DNA from: Macrostomum lignano
Lineage: Eukaryota
DNA length: 64,000 nt
Reading direction: 5' to 3'
Assembly (NCBI GenBank): GCA_002269645.1
Contig: NIVC01001343.1
Coordinates: 186,001-250,000, forward strand
Shown here: positions 12,201 through 28,077 of the stretch, in pieces
How positions within the stretch are numbered: the stretch's first letter is position 1
Layout: each line of letters starts with the position of its first letter
Program-made: the position numbers and the translations under genes
Notes under the pieces: model-generated
The model's input: only the letters and a program-made list of their open reading frames with translations
The model's database searches: none
Told to the model about the DNA's origin: nothing

Positions 12201-15200
12201 CACAGAAGCTGAACAAACGCCAGGTTGCTCGGTCCCGCTTCGTGATCTCCTCGCTGCTGTGGGGCAGCGAGAGCAACGGAGTTGGCGGCCCCGGGTCGCC
12301 AGAGGATCAGGAGAAGGCGAAGAATGTTCGCCAAACAGAACTGCTGGTAACTCTGCGCGATGCCATTCATCAGATTGGTCGGCACTTCAAACAGCACGAT
12401 GCAAAGCACTCCAATATAGTGCTGCAGGCTGACTATGGACTGGAGAGCCACGCCCAGGACCTGGAGCACTATGTTCAGGTTTGAAAATGGGCTGATTTTG
12501 TTTTAACTAATCAGAACGAGTCAGATTTCTAAGAATCCCTTGTTTTTCGTGTTCTTTAAAATGATCTTTTGGTTTGTAAGAAGCTTTTGCTTGTTAAAAA
12601 ATGTTTGTTTCTAAGAATTCTAAGATTTTTGTTAATATTTTCATTGTGTAAAATATTCATTGTGTATAATATTTTTAAGAATAAGTTTCTTCAAAAATTC
12701 ATTTTATGATTTTTAAAAATCTTGTTTGGTTTCTAAGAATCTTTTTTGATTTCTCAGAATCTTTTTTGATTTCTAGGAATCTTACTTGATTTCTAAGAAT
12801 CTTTCTTGATTTCTAGGAATATTTTTTGATTTCTAGGAATCTTACTTGATTTCTAAGAATCTTTCTTGATTTCTAAGAATCTTTTTGATTTTTAAGAATC
12901 CTTTTTGATTTCTAAGAATCTTTCTTGATTTCTAAGAATCTTTCTTGATTTCTAAGAATCTTTCTTAATTTCTAAGAATCTTTCATGATTTCTAAGAATC
13001 TTTCTTGATTTCTAAGAATCAAAAATTTCTTTAGTAGATTTTTAGAAATCTACTAAAAATTTTATAAACCAAAAGATTCTAAGAAACCAGAAAAGATTCT
13101 TAGAAATCAAAAAAGATTCTTAGAAATCAAGAAAGATTCTTAGAAATCAAGAAAGATTCTTAGAAATCAAAAGGGATTCTTAAAAATCAAAAAGATTCTT
13201 AGAAATAAAAAAGATTCTTAGAAATCAAAAAAGATTCTAAGAAATCAATAAATATTCTTAGAAATCAAAAGATTCTTAGAAATCAAAAAATATTTTTAGA
13301 AATCAAGAAAGATTCTTAGAAATCAAGAAATATTCCTTATTTTATAAATATCTTATCTTATAAATATTTCAAAATCAAATATTTCTTGATTTCTTAGAAT
13401 CTTTTTTGATTTCTAAGAATCTTTTTTGATTTTTAAAAAGATCAAGAAATCAAGAAATATGATTTCTTAGAATCTTTTTTTATTTCTAAGAATCTTTCTT
13501 GATTTCTAAAAATCTTTCTTTCTAAAAATCATATTTCTTGATTTCTTAGAATCTTTTTTTGATTTCTAAGAATCTTTCTTGATTTCTAAAAATCTCTCTT
13601 GATTTCTAAGAATATTTTCGATTTCTAAGAATCTTTTTTATTTTTAAGAATCTTTTTTGATTTTTAAGAATTATTTCCTGATTTCTTAGAATTTTTTTTG
13701 ATTTCTAAGAATCTTTTTGATTTTTAAGAATCCTTTTTGATTTCTAAGAATCTTTCTTGATTTCTAAGAATATTTTTTTGATTTCTAAGAATCTTTCCTG
13801 ATTTCTAAAAATCTCTTTTGATTTCTAAGAATCTTTCGATTTCTAAGAATCTTTCTTGATTTCTAAGAATCTTTTTTGATTTCTTAGAATCTTTTTTGAT
13901 TTCTAAAAATCTTTTTTGATTTCTAAAAATCTCTTTTGATTTCTAAGAATCTTTTTTGATTTCTAAGAATCTTTTTTGGTTTCTTAGAATCTTTTGGTTT
14001 ATAAATTTTTTAGTAGATTTCTAAAAATCTTTTTTGGTCTCGAAGATTTTTTTGCTTTCTAAGAATCTTTTGGTATCCATGAATCTTATAGATTTCGAAG
14101 AATCTTTTTGATTTCGAAGAATTCTAGAATTTCTTAGAATCGGGATATTTTTAAACATCTTTGATTGTTTAAAAAAGTTTCAATTGCTACGAAGCTGTTA
14201 AGAATTAAGATTTCCAAACGATTGCTAATTTCTAAGTTTCTAGGATTTAAAAATGTTTCTATAAGAATTGTTTGGATTTCTAGGAAAACTTAGTAGAGTT
14301 TCAGAATGATAGATACTCGTATATTTTTTCTAAGAAAATATTTCAGAATTTCAAAGAAACTAATGAATCCACTCCAGGTGGCCAGAGGTCGCCGCAGGCG
14401 AGTGAAAGCTCTGCTCGACTTTGAGCGTCACGACGATGACGAGCTGGGGTTCCGCAAGAACGACATCATCACCGTGATCTCAATGCGGGACGAGCACTGC
14501 TGGGTTGGCGAACTCAATGGCCTTCGAGGCTGGTTCCCCGCCAAGTTTGTTGAGCTACTCGACGAACGTTCGAAAGACTATTCATCAGCTGGGGACGATT
14601 CGGTGAATGAGGGCATCACGGATCTGGTGAGGGGGGTGTTCTGTCCGGCATTCAAGGAGGTGTTTGAGCACGGATTGAAGCGCAGTCACCTGCTGGGCGG
14701 CACAGCGCACCCCTGGCTGTTTGTCGAGGAGGCCTCGGCTAAGGAGGTTGAGAAGGACTTCAACTCCGTGTATTCGAGGCTGGTGTTGTGTAAAACCTTC
14801 CGTCTGGATGAGGACGGGAAGGTGCTCACTCCTGAGGAGATTCTGTATCGTGTGAGTGCGGTTTGGGTGTTTATTAATTACCTGAGAGAATGGATTTCAG
14901 TTCCAATTACCTGACAGAATGGGGATTTCAGTTGGGATAATTACCTGGGAGAATGGGGATTTCAGTTGGGATAATTACCTGACAGAATGGGGATTTCAGT
15001 TGGAATAATTACCTGAGAGAATGGGGATTTCAGTTGGGATAATTACCTGAGAGAATGGGGATTTCAGTTGGGATAATTACCTGAGAGAATGGGGATTTCA
15101 GTTGGGATAATTACCTGAGAGAATAGGGATTTCATTTAGGATAGTTACCTGAGAGAATGGGGATTTCAGTTGGGATAATTACCTGAGAGAATAGGGATTT

Positions 15201-17182
15201 CAGTTGGAATTATTACCTGAAAGAATGGGGATTTCAGTTGGAATAATTACCTGACAGAATGGGGATTTCAGTTGGGATAATTACCTGAGAGAATAGGGAT
15301 TTCATTTAGGATAGTTACCTGAGAGAATGGGGAATTCAGTTGGGATAATTACCTGAGAGAATAGGGATTTCATTTAGGATAGTTACCTGAGAGAATGGGG
15401 ATTTCAGTTGGGATAATTACCTGAGAGAATGGGGATTTCAGTTGGGATAATTACCTGAGAGAATGGGGATTTCAGTTGGGATAATTACCTGAGAGAATAG
15501 GGATTTCAGTTGGGATAATTACCTGAGAGAATAGGGATTTCAGTTGGGATAATTACCTGAGAGAATGAGGATTTCAGTTGGAATTATTACCTGACAGAAT
15601 GAGGATTTCAGTTGGGATAATTACCTGGGAGAATGGGGATTTCAGTAGGGATAATTACCTGGGAGAATGAGGATTTCAGTTGGGATAATTACCTGGGAGA
15701 ATGGGGATTTCAGTAGGGATAATTACCTGGGAGAATGGGGATTTCAGTTGGGATAGTTACCTGGGAGAATGGGGATTTCAGTAGGGATAATTACCTGGGA
15801 GAATGGGGATTTCAGTTGGGATAATTACCTGACTTATTAGTAATCTTCAATTATCCCACGCAGGCGGTGCAGACGGTAAATCTGACTCATGACGCCGCTC
15901 ACGCTCAGATGGACGTCAAATTTCGTTCCCTAATGTGCTACGGCCTCAATGAACAGGTGCTTCATCTGTGGCTTGAGGCGCTCTGCAGCTGCGAAGATGT
16001 GGTTAAGAAGTGGTACCACTCTTGGTCGTTTCTGCGCAGCCCGGGCTGGGTGCAGATCAAGTGTGAGCTTAGGTGAGTTCGCTGTTTGTTTCAGTGACCA
16101 ATAATGACTGTGAATCAGTGACCAATAATGACTGAGTGAATCAGTGACCAATAATGACAGTGAATCAGTGACCAATAATGACAGTGAATCAGTGACCAAT
16201 AATGACAGTGAATCAGTGACCAATAGTAAGCAGTGAATCAGTAACCAATAGTAAGCAGTGAATCAGTAACCAATAGTAAGCAGTGAATCAGTGACCAATA
16301 GTAAGCAGTGAATCAGTGACCAATAGTGACAGTGAATCAGTGACTAATAATGACAGTGAATCAGTGACCAATAATGACGGTGAATCAGTGACCAATAGTG
16401 ACAGTGAATCAGTGACCAATAGTGACAGTGAATCAGTGACTAATAATGACAGTGAATCAGTGACCAATAATGACGGTGAATCAGTGACCAATAGTGACAG
16501 TGAATCAGTGACCAATAGTGACAGTGAATCAGTGACCAATAATGACTGTGAATCAGTGACCAATAATGACGGTGAATCAGTGACCAATAGTGACAGTGAA
16601 TCAGTGACCAATAGTGACAGTGAATCAGTGACCAATAATGACTGTGAATCAGTGACCAATAGTGACAGTGAATCAGTGACTAATAATGACAGTGAATCAG
16701 TGACCAATAATGACGGTGAATCAGTGACCAATAGTGACAGTGAATCAGTGACCAATAGTGACAGTGAATCAGTGACCAATAGTGACAGTGAATCAGTGAC
16801 CAATAATGACGGTGAATCAGGGACCAATAGTGACAGTGAATCAGTGACTAATAATGACAGGGAATCAGTGACCAATAATGACAGTGAATCAGTGACCAAT
16901 AATGACAGTGAATCAGTGACCAAAAACTGACTTAGTGACCAATAACTGATTTGAATAAGTGACCAATAGTAAGCAGTGAATCAGTGACCAATATTGAGGA
17001 CAACTCAATGCCCGAATTCCCCCCCCCCCACTCGCAGACTGCTGGCCCAGTTCGCATTCCGATTAAACATTCTTTACGAGCTGCCCAAAGGCAAGGTGAC
17101 CAAGGACACCAAGGTGGGCATTCGTGAGGACGTGCGCGACATGCTGATCAAGCACCACCTGTTCAGCTGGGAGCTGGACTAG
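6894..17182 (+). CDS. SGSM3: Small G protein signaling modulator 3 (TBC Rab-GAP + SH3 + RUN), 10 exons, 808 aa
   Basis: Exons 6894-6995, 7091-7157, 7566-8014, 8730-9060, 10280-10425, 11875-12105, 12206-12478, 14378-14851, 15864-16072 and 17038-17182 are all GT-AG and total 2427 nt. Motifs: [32 protein letters not shown]3 [56 protein letters not shown]-terminal [12 protein letters not shown]. Confidence 0.95.
8022..8520. repeat. 26-27-bp minisatellite in SGSM3 intron 3
   Basis: AAACTTGTTGCTATGGTAACATGAATCC in tandem, degenerating toward the 3' end. Confidence 0.95.
9063..9318. repeat. (AGT)n microsatellite in SGSM3 intron 4
   Basis: AGT/AGC triplet run starting directly after the donor site. 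Confidence 0.95.
9780..10222. repeat. 21-bp minisatellite in SGSM3 intron 4
   Basis: GCTAGCTGATAAAATGGCATT in tandem. Confidence 0.95.
10465..11180. repeat. 21-bp minisatellite in SGSM3 intron 5
   Basis: GATGAGATTTGAAGCTGAAAG and CCTCAAG variants in tandem. Confidence 0.95.
12720..14120. repeat. AT-rich ~20-bp minisatellite with an internal inverted block, SGSM3 intron 7
   Basis: GATTTCTAAGAATCTTTTTT units, with reverse-complement units at about 13045-13330. Confidence 0.9.
14895..15830. repeat. ~35-bp minisatellite in SGSM3 intron 8
   Basis: GAGAATGGGGATTTCAGTTGGGATAATTACCTGA in tandem. Confidence 0.95.
16093..16990. repeat. 24-bp minisatellite in SGSM3 intron 9
   Basis: CAGTGACCAATAATGACAGTGAAT in tandem. 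Confidence 0.95.
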
Positions 17183-18548
17183 CTTCTCTGCGCGTTTTCA
17201 GAGTACTTTTTAACATCGAGATCTATGTGTAGTGTTTGTATTTGTCGTGAACTATGCATATGCACAGTAAATATTGATTTTCGGATTCGGAACCCATTGA
17301 CTACCGATATGTTGCGATAATAGCTTTAATGTGGGTGAGATCTAAGAAAAAATTCTCTATTTAAGGTTGTTGCAATAACCTACTACCGATATGTAGCGAT
17401 AATAGCTTGATGTGGGTGAACTTAAAGAAAAGTATCCCTGTAAGACTTTTTTCCAAAAATTGACTACCGATATGTATAGTTGATAACTTTAGAGCGAATG
17501 TTCCTAATAAAAAAATTCAAGCAATCTACCGTTGAGATGTTTCGATAGCAACTTTAAAAAACAAATTTCTTTAGAAAAATTGTTTTTTTAAGTTGCTGTT
17601 AAGTTGCTTAGTTTCAAATAGCACCTACCGATATGTTGAGAAAATATCTTTTCAAAGGCGAATTTTTCTTCATGGCATGGAGTTGGAGGTTTCTGATGCA
17701 TAATTTATTTGGACACGAGTTCTGCACCTTTAACTACCTATTAAGCTCTACTGTTCAATGCTCTGAATCATGACTTACTTATTAATTCGATGTTAACCCA
17801 ATGGTCAGATCTAGTCCCAATTTTATAGCTATCGGCTTGTATGATGTCCACCCACTTTAGACAAAAAATCTCATTCCTAATATTTTGTGTTTACTGACAT
17901 ATTTTCAATTAGTATAAATGTTATAATTCCGCCAGCAAGCCATGACAAGCTACTGACACATGCCATTCATTTCTTTGACTTCCAAAAAACAACGCAGATT
18001 ATTTAATCTAAGTAGTATGCACAAGACCTATCCATTATTTTTCTCTCTTTGCAAACATTGCCATTAGTTTTGTTTTCATTTATTATAATTGATTCATTTT
18101 ATGCTTTCGCATAACAAATTCTGATTCATTTTCCTGTTTCCCTTGTTATACTACTCGCGGTTAACGAAAAATGCGTTTGTTAGTAGCATAAGGTGCGCAC
18201 AAATTGTGTGTTGTTATTTATTTAATTATATTATTTATTTATGTTGTTCTTTTTGGCATTTGTTGTTACGGTAACCATGGCATACTCTTGTGAAGCTATT
18301 TGTCCTGTTTTTTCTCTATTCGACTCTGTTCCTGCCTAGAATTTACATGTCTCCTGCGTCCGTTGTCATGGATACGGACTGCCTATCGAGTTTCGGTGTC
18401 ACAATCAGAACAATAAAATACATTATTTGTTTGTCTGTTTAATGGTACTTGTTTTGCTCAGACAAACTTATGCGCCCAAGTTAATTATATTTTAATGTCT
18501 GATATTTGTAATGTGTTGTAGCTCTTTTCATGACCCTGTGCATTCTCT

Positions 18549-19170
18549 CAGATCCTCAGTTGCTGGGCCAGCCTCCCAGATCCTCAGTTGCTGGGCTAGC
18601 CTCCCAGATCCTCACTTGCTGGTCCAGCCTCCCAGATCCTCAGCTGCTGGTCCAGCCTCCCAGATCCTCAGTTGCTGGTCCAGCCTCCCAGATCCTCAGT
18701 TGCTGGTCCAGCCTCCCAGATCCTCAGTTGCTGGGCCAGCCTCCCAGATCCTCAGTTGCTGGTCCAGCCTCCCAGATCCTCAGTTGCTGGTCCAGCCTCC
18801 CAGATCCTCAGTTGCTGGGCCAGCCTCCCAGATCCTCAGTTGCTGGTCCAGCCTCCCAGATCCCCAGTTGCTGGGCCAGCCTTCCAGATCCTCAGTTGCT
18901 GGGCCAGCCTCCCAGATCCTCAGTTGCTGGGCCAGCCTCCAAGATCCTCAGTTGCTGGTCCAGCCTCCCAGATCCTCAGTTGCTGGGCCAGCCTCCCAGA
19001 TCCTCAGTTGCTGGGCCAGCCTCTCAGATCCCCAGTTGCTGGGCCAGCCTTCCAGATCCTCAGTTGCTGGTCCAGCCTCCCAGATCCTCAGTTGCTGGTC
19101 CAGCCTCCCAGATCCTCAGTTGCTGGGCCAGCTTCCCAGATCCTCAGTTGCTGGGCCAGCCTTCCAGATC
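18549..19170. repeat. 28-bp minisatellite between the SGSM3 and GMPPA 3' ends
   Basis: CTCAGTTGCTGGGCCAGCCTCCCAGATC in tandem. Confidence 0.95.
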
Positions 19171-20298
19171 CCCATCCTCCCAAATTGAGCTGTACGCGTA
19201 TTTCTCTGTCTGTCCTTTGTTTTATGGTTTATCAAATATTCTTATACAGTTCTGCATTGTATATTTGAGCTATATATATATATATGCTGTACTACTATTC
19301 TTATTTACTGAATGCACATTTATATCTATATATATATATGAGATATTATACTCATTATGTAAAATCGAAGCAAACAGTTAAACCCAATATTTTCTCAACT
19401 TATGGTTCTCATTAATTTCTGTGAAATCAAATTTCAATTTCAGAGAAGAAAATGTGTGATCTACAATAAATTGAATTATAATATCATAATATATTTTATT
19501 TACCGTGGCAGCTGGTTGCGAAATTCAGATTATAATATTTAGTATATGGATTATTAATAAACAGCAAAATTTTGAATTATTAACAGCGAACTAAAAACAT
19601 TTATGATAAATTTATTTTGTACGTAACTTTACTATCACTGTTTTTTTAAATATTATTGTTGTAAAAAATAATCAACACAGAAGACAGAATTAAAATTTTC
19701 AAACTGATTGGATAGGAAACCTTGCCTTGTATTGATATATAGTGACCAATCCTTGTATAATGGTATAAAATGTTCTTCTATGGTCTATGGCCAGACCCGC
19801 AAGTATTGAATAAACAAAAGTACATTTTGTGAAGTATAGAAACCTTGTATTTGGATTTGATAGGCAGATTTAATCCGTACATAATGGTGAATTTGTATAA
19901 CTCAAAACCAATAATTGATCGCGTCACTTTAATGCCAAAGTGAAGCAGGCTATTAAGTGAAACAAAAAATAGGAGGATTAAGAAATGAGAATGTGATAGA
20001 AGAAAGGTGAAAAAAATATAAAAACACAAAGGCACTTGGCAACAACAACAGCAGCAGCAGAAGAATAAGAAGCAACTCACCTGGAGAAGCTCAGTAGGAA
20101 TGTTGTTTACATGTCTATCAATAAATAAAAATTCAAAATGACCATCTATTGGATAGAGGAAAAACTGTAAACTTGATAAAAAGATTTGCGTGCTAAGGCC
20201 AAAAAGATTATTCTAAACACACTACTGAACTAACCAAATTGCCAACAGTAGTATCTTGAGAGGATTAAGTTCTTAATAAACCTTGTCAACCTCCAATT

Positions 20299-23270
<2,972 letters not shown>

Positions 23271-23364
23271 CTTGGCTAATGGCTTGGCTGTAAAATTGCA
23301 TTTTTAAATCAAATTTTGAATAAAGCACATTAATAATTATCTAATTATCTTATTCCTGCCAACT

Positions 23365-24250
23365 CTACCCTCCAGTGCCTGTCCTCTCTAGCGTCTGTTC
23401 CCTGTACCCCTCCAGTTCCCTCTACCCCTCCAGTTCCCTCTACCCCTCCAGTTCCCTCTACCCTCTAGCGTCTGTTCCCTGTACCCCTCCAGTTCCCTCT
23501 ACCCTCTAGCGTCTGTTCCCTGTACCCCTCCAGTTCCCTCTACCACTCCAGGTCCCTCTACCCTCCAGTGCCTGTTCCCTTTACCCTTCCAGTGTCTGTT
23601 CCCTCTACCCCTCCAGTGTCTGTTCCATTTACTTTTCCAGTGTCTGTTCCCCCTACCCCTCCAGTGTCTGTTCCCTCTACCCCTCCAGTGTCTGTTCCAT
23701 TTACTTTTCCAGTGTCTGTTCCCCCTACCCCTCCAGTGTCTGTTCCCCCTACCCCTCCAGTGTCTGTTCCATTTACTTTTCCAGTGTCTGTTCCCCCTAC
23801 CCCTCCAGTGTCTGTTCCCTCTACCCTCCAGTGCCTGTTCCATCTACCCTCCAGTGTCTGTTCCCTCTACCCTCCAGTGTCTGTTCCTTCTACCCTCCAG
23901 TGTCTGTTCCCTCTACCCTCCAGTGTCTGTTCCTTCTACCCTCCAGTGTCTGTTCCCTCTACCTTCCAGTGTCTGTTCCCTCTACCCTCCAGTGTCTGTT
24001 CCTTCTACCCTCCAGTGTCTGTTCCCTCTACCTTCCAGTGTCTGTTCCCTCTACCCTCCAGTGTCTGTTCCTTCTACCCTCCAGTGTCTGTTCCCTCTAC
24101 CTTCCAGTGTCTGTTCCCTCTACCCCTCCAGTGTCTGCTCCCTCTACCCCTCCAGTGTCTGTTCCCTCTACCTTCCAGTGTCTGTTCCCTCTACCCCTCC
24201 AGTGTCTGTTCCCTCTACCCCTCCATTGCCTGTTCCCCCTACCCCTCCAG
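23365..24250. repeat. 23-24-bp minisatellite between UBE2G2 and GMPPA
   Basis: CCAGTGTCTGTTCCCTCTACCC(C)T in tandem. Confidence 0.95.
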
Positions 24251-24854
24251 TGCATACTCCACTACGGAAACAAGATACAAATGCTTCCTACAGCACGCGG
24301 TGATAAAAACAAGCATGAGTAATAAAGCAAACAATTTTACAAACCAACAGACATAACTGTCTATCATTTAAAATACACTATCCAATATATATTCTGTATT
24401 CGAGCCGAACAAAACAGACAGTTAGAAGACAAAAAATTAGGCGAACATTCATCATAAACTTCGGCATACTGTAAGCCTACTTACTTTAGTAGTACAAGTA
24501 ACAGTTCATTTCATACTTTTTACACAAACAGAAAAACAACAATAAGTTGGATACCTAGGAAAAATTAAACTAATTAAAATATTTATCAATACGCGCGTAC
24601 CATACTACTGCGATTTTTAAATCAACAAAAAATTGGCTCCTATGTTACACAGTCAAATCCACAAGTCAAAAAATTCATTGAAATAAATTTCATTTACCCA
24701 TTTATGGTGTTTGCATTTTAACGAAAGAGCTTTAAATGACAGATGTTACAGATAGTTCTACTACAGTACATTTTTTTCTTAAAATGCACACGAGAAACAC
24801 TAAAAATAATAATATAACAAGCTTTTAGCTGTTATCAAACAGATTGTCTGACAT

Positions 24855-25190
24855 GGTGTCTAACAGGTGCTAAACCCCTTGTGTCTAACAGGTTTCAAAT
24901 TTCTGTGTCTAACAGGTTTCAATTCACTGTGTCTAACAGGTTCCAAATCCCAGCGTCTAACAGGTTTTAAACGCTTCTGCCTAACAGGTTTTAAAAAACC
25001 GTATCTAACAGGTGCCGAATCTCTGTGTCTAACAGGTTTCAAATCCCTGTGTCTAACAGGTTTCAAACACCCGTGTCTAACAGGTTTCAAACCCTTCTGC
25101 CTAACAGGTTTTAAAAAACCGTGTCTAACAGGTGCCGAACGTCTGTGTCTAACAGGTTTCAAATCCCTGTGTCTAACAGGTTCAAAAATC
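24855..25190. repeat. Diverged 24-bp minisatellite downstream of the UBE2G2 stop
   Basis: GTGTCTAACAGGTTTCAAATCCCT-type units. Confidence 0.9.
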
Positions 25191-25263
25191 GTGTCTAATT
25201 GTGAACTCGTCCACAAAAAATCAATCTCACTAGAGTTACTAAACTGATAAATTAAAGAAATCG

Positions 25264-28077
25264 TTAAACCCCAAGCGATTGCCGCACGGTAGCCCTGGCC
25301 CGCTGTACAAACGAATCATAATTATCTCTGTACATCTTGCCCGCGTCAACATTGGCTGGACTGTCAGCATTGGGCTCGGCCAAGATGCTCAACACTGACA
25401 GGAGAATCTTTTCAACACTCTGAACTGGACTCCAACGCTCTTGGGAGCTTTCGTAGCCAGTGGGATCCTCTCCAGGTGGATGCAGGATGCTGATGCAAAC
25501 GTTGCCATCTTTGTAGATGTTGGGGTGGAAAATCTCGTTGACAAAGCGCAGTTTCGGCGGATTCAATGGATAGTCCAACGGGAAAGTCAGGATTGTGGTG
25601 AATAGGCCGCCTTCGAATGGGCTCTGCTCTGGGCCTCTGAAATATGCCATATTAACATTGTTTATTTAGCTTATTTAAGCAGATTCAATAGTGGTTAGTT
25701 ACGAAGCTATGATAAGTTAATTGTTTCATAATCTATGGATTTCACAAACAGATGCCGAACCCCTGTGTCTAACAGGTGCCGAACCCCTGTGTCTAACAGG
25801 TGCTGAGCCCCTGTGTCTAACAGGTGCCGAACCCCTGTATCTAACAGGTGCCGAACCCCTGTATCTAACAGATGCCGAACCCCTGTGTCTAACAGGTGCC
25901 GAACCCCTGTGTCTAGCAGGTGCCGAACCCCTGTATCTAACAGGTGCCGAACCCCTGTATCTAACAGGTGCCGAACCCCTGTATCTAACAGATGCCGAAC
26001 CCCTGTGTCTAACAGGTGCCGAACCCCTGTGTCTAGCAGGTGCCGAACCCCTGTATCTAACAGGTGCCGAACCCCTGTATCTAACAGGTGCCGAACCCCT
26101 GTATCTAACAGATGCCGAACCCCTGTGTCTAACAGGTGCCGAACCCCTGTATCTAACAGGTGCCGAACCCCTGTATCTAACAGGTGCCGAACCCCTGTAT
26201 CTAACAGGTGCTGAACCCCTGTATCTAACAGATGCCGAACCCCTGTATCTAACAGGTGCTGAACCCCTGTATCTAACAGATGCCGAACCCCTGTGTCTAA
26301 CAGGTGCCGAACCCCTGTGTCTAGCAGGTGCCGAACCCCTGTATCTAACAGGTGCCGAACCCCTGTATCTAACAGGTGCCGAACCCCTGTATCTAACAGA
26401 TGCCGAACCCCTGTGTCTAACAGGTGCCGAACCCCTGTGTCTAGCAGGTGCCGAACCCCTGTATCTAACAGGTGCCGAACCCCTGTATCTAACAGGTGCC
26501 GAACCCCTGTATCTAACAGATGCCGAACCCCTGTGTCTAACAGGTGCCGAACCCCTGTATCTAACAGGTGCCGAACCCCTGTATCTAACAGGTGCCGAAC
26601 CCCTGTATCTAACAGGTGCTGAACCCCTGTATCTAACAGATGCCGAACCCCTGTATCTAACAGGTGCTGAACCCCTGTATCTAACAGATGCCGAACCCCT
26701 GTGTCTAACAGGTGCCGAACCCCTGTGTCTAACAGGTGCCGAACCCCTGTGTCTAACAGGTGCCGAACCCCTGTGTCTAACAGGTGCCGAACCCCTGTGT
26801 CTAGCAGGTGCCGAACCCCTGTGTCCAACAGGTGCCAAACCCCTGTGTCTAACAGGTGCCAAACCCCTGTGTCTAACAGGTACCAAACTTTTGTGTCTAA
26901 CATGTGCTGAGCCCATGTCTAACAGGTGCCAAAACCTGTGTCTAACAGGTGTTAAGACTCTGTTTAACAGGTTTTACACCCATTTGTCTAACCCTTCGCC
27001 ATGATGTATACAGTATATATCCGAAAACCTTGATTAAGCTAACATTATAATTTACAAAATTGTGTATCAAGCTTGAAGTCAACTTACTTTATCAATGCTT
27101 CCCATTCAAAGAAATTGTCACAGGATTTTGGCCCAGCAACAATGCCCTCTGGTGGGTCCTCAGTCAGCTCTAAAATTTATTTTTTAATATTGTAATGCTG
27201 AAAAGATTCTATAAATATGTTTTTAAAAATAATGAATATACTCAAATAATATATATATATATATATATACATATAAGCTAGACATTTAATACTCCAATGT
27301 TTAAACAAAAGTATAGAAATAATTGGGTTTCTTGATTATATAATCTCAAATTGCTTATAGGTTCAATATAGTTATAATTATATACATGTTAATTATAGTA
27401 GAAATTTAAATTTAGCTATAGTTTAATATTTAGGTTGAACTATTGACATGGAAAATAATATTGTTTTTATAAAATATATTTAGTTTGAACTTTTTAAATG
27501 TTATAAGAATTTAAAAGGCCTAAAAACCAAACTATTTATTTTATTCAGGCCTAATCAAAGTTGAATTCAATATAAAAAATCAAAGTATTAAGGTAAACCA
27601 GTACTATATATAATATAAATTTTGATATTATTATAAAATATTTTAATAAGTTTTTTTCTATTATGCTTTTGATAAACTTTTAATTTTATTAATATATTAT
27701 ATTTATAAATCATTCAACAAGTTTTTTTAAATTATATTTAATTTAGTATTCTCTTGTTGTCTTGGTAATGATAATATAACCATTGACAATTACTGTAAAA
27801 CTTAATTTATATTTCTATTATAAGTTTTAAGTTAGAATAGTCAGTTTTTTAAAACTCTCTGAGCCTAGTAGGCAGCTAAGCCTAGACCTAGAACTTTAGA
27901 TATAGTTTGTTTTAATTTCAAAATTTTAGGCATAACTTATTACAGCTTACACTTACAGAAAAGCCCTTACTAAAAAAACTCTAGCTAAAATACAAATTTA
28001 AAAAACAAAACAGATCAAAAAATTAAAATCTTACTTTTAAACTCAGCTTTCAGGCGCTTTATAGCTGCACCAGCCAT
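25264..28077 (-). CDS. UBE2G2: Ubiquitin-conjugating enzyme E2 G2 (Ubc7), 3 exons, 165 aa
   Basis: Exons 28077-28035, 27169-27088 and 25636-25264 total 498 nt. Sequence: MAGAAIKRLKAEFKKLTEDPPEGIVAGP..NFFEWEALI, FHPNIYKDGNVCISILH (catalytic Cys), GYESSQERWSPVQSVEKILLSV. Confidence 0.96.
25745..26950. repeat. Homogeneous 24-bp minisatellite in UBE2G2 intron 2
   Basis: CTAACAGGTGCCGAACCCCTGTGT/AT in tandem, about 50 copies. Confidence 0.96.

Noticed and set aside
16288-16930. Mucin-like [11 protein letters not shown]
   Set aside because: It is a 24-bp array within SGSM3 intron 9. The flanking exons join in frame without it.
17295-17645. CRISPR-like repeat-spacer appearance
   Set aside because: The context is eukaryotic, the repeat is only 12 bp, spacing is irregular, the spacers are partly related, and there are no cas genes.
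25707-27004. ~400-aa ORFs (LDTGVRHL / CLTGAEPL repeats) resembling repeat proteins
   Set aside because: They are translations of a 24-bp stop-free minisatellite inside UBE2G2 intron 2, open in several frames.
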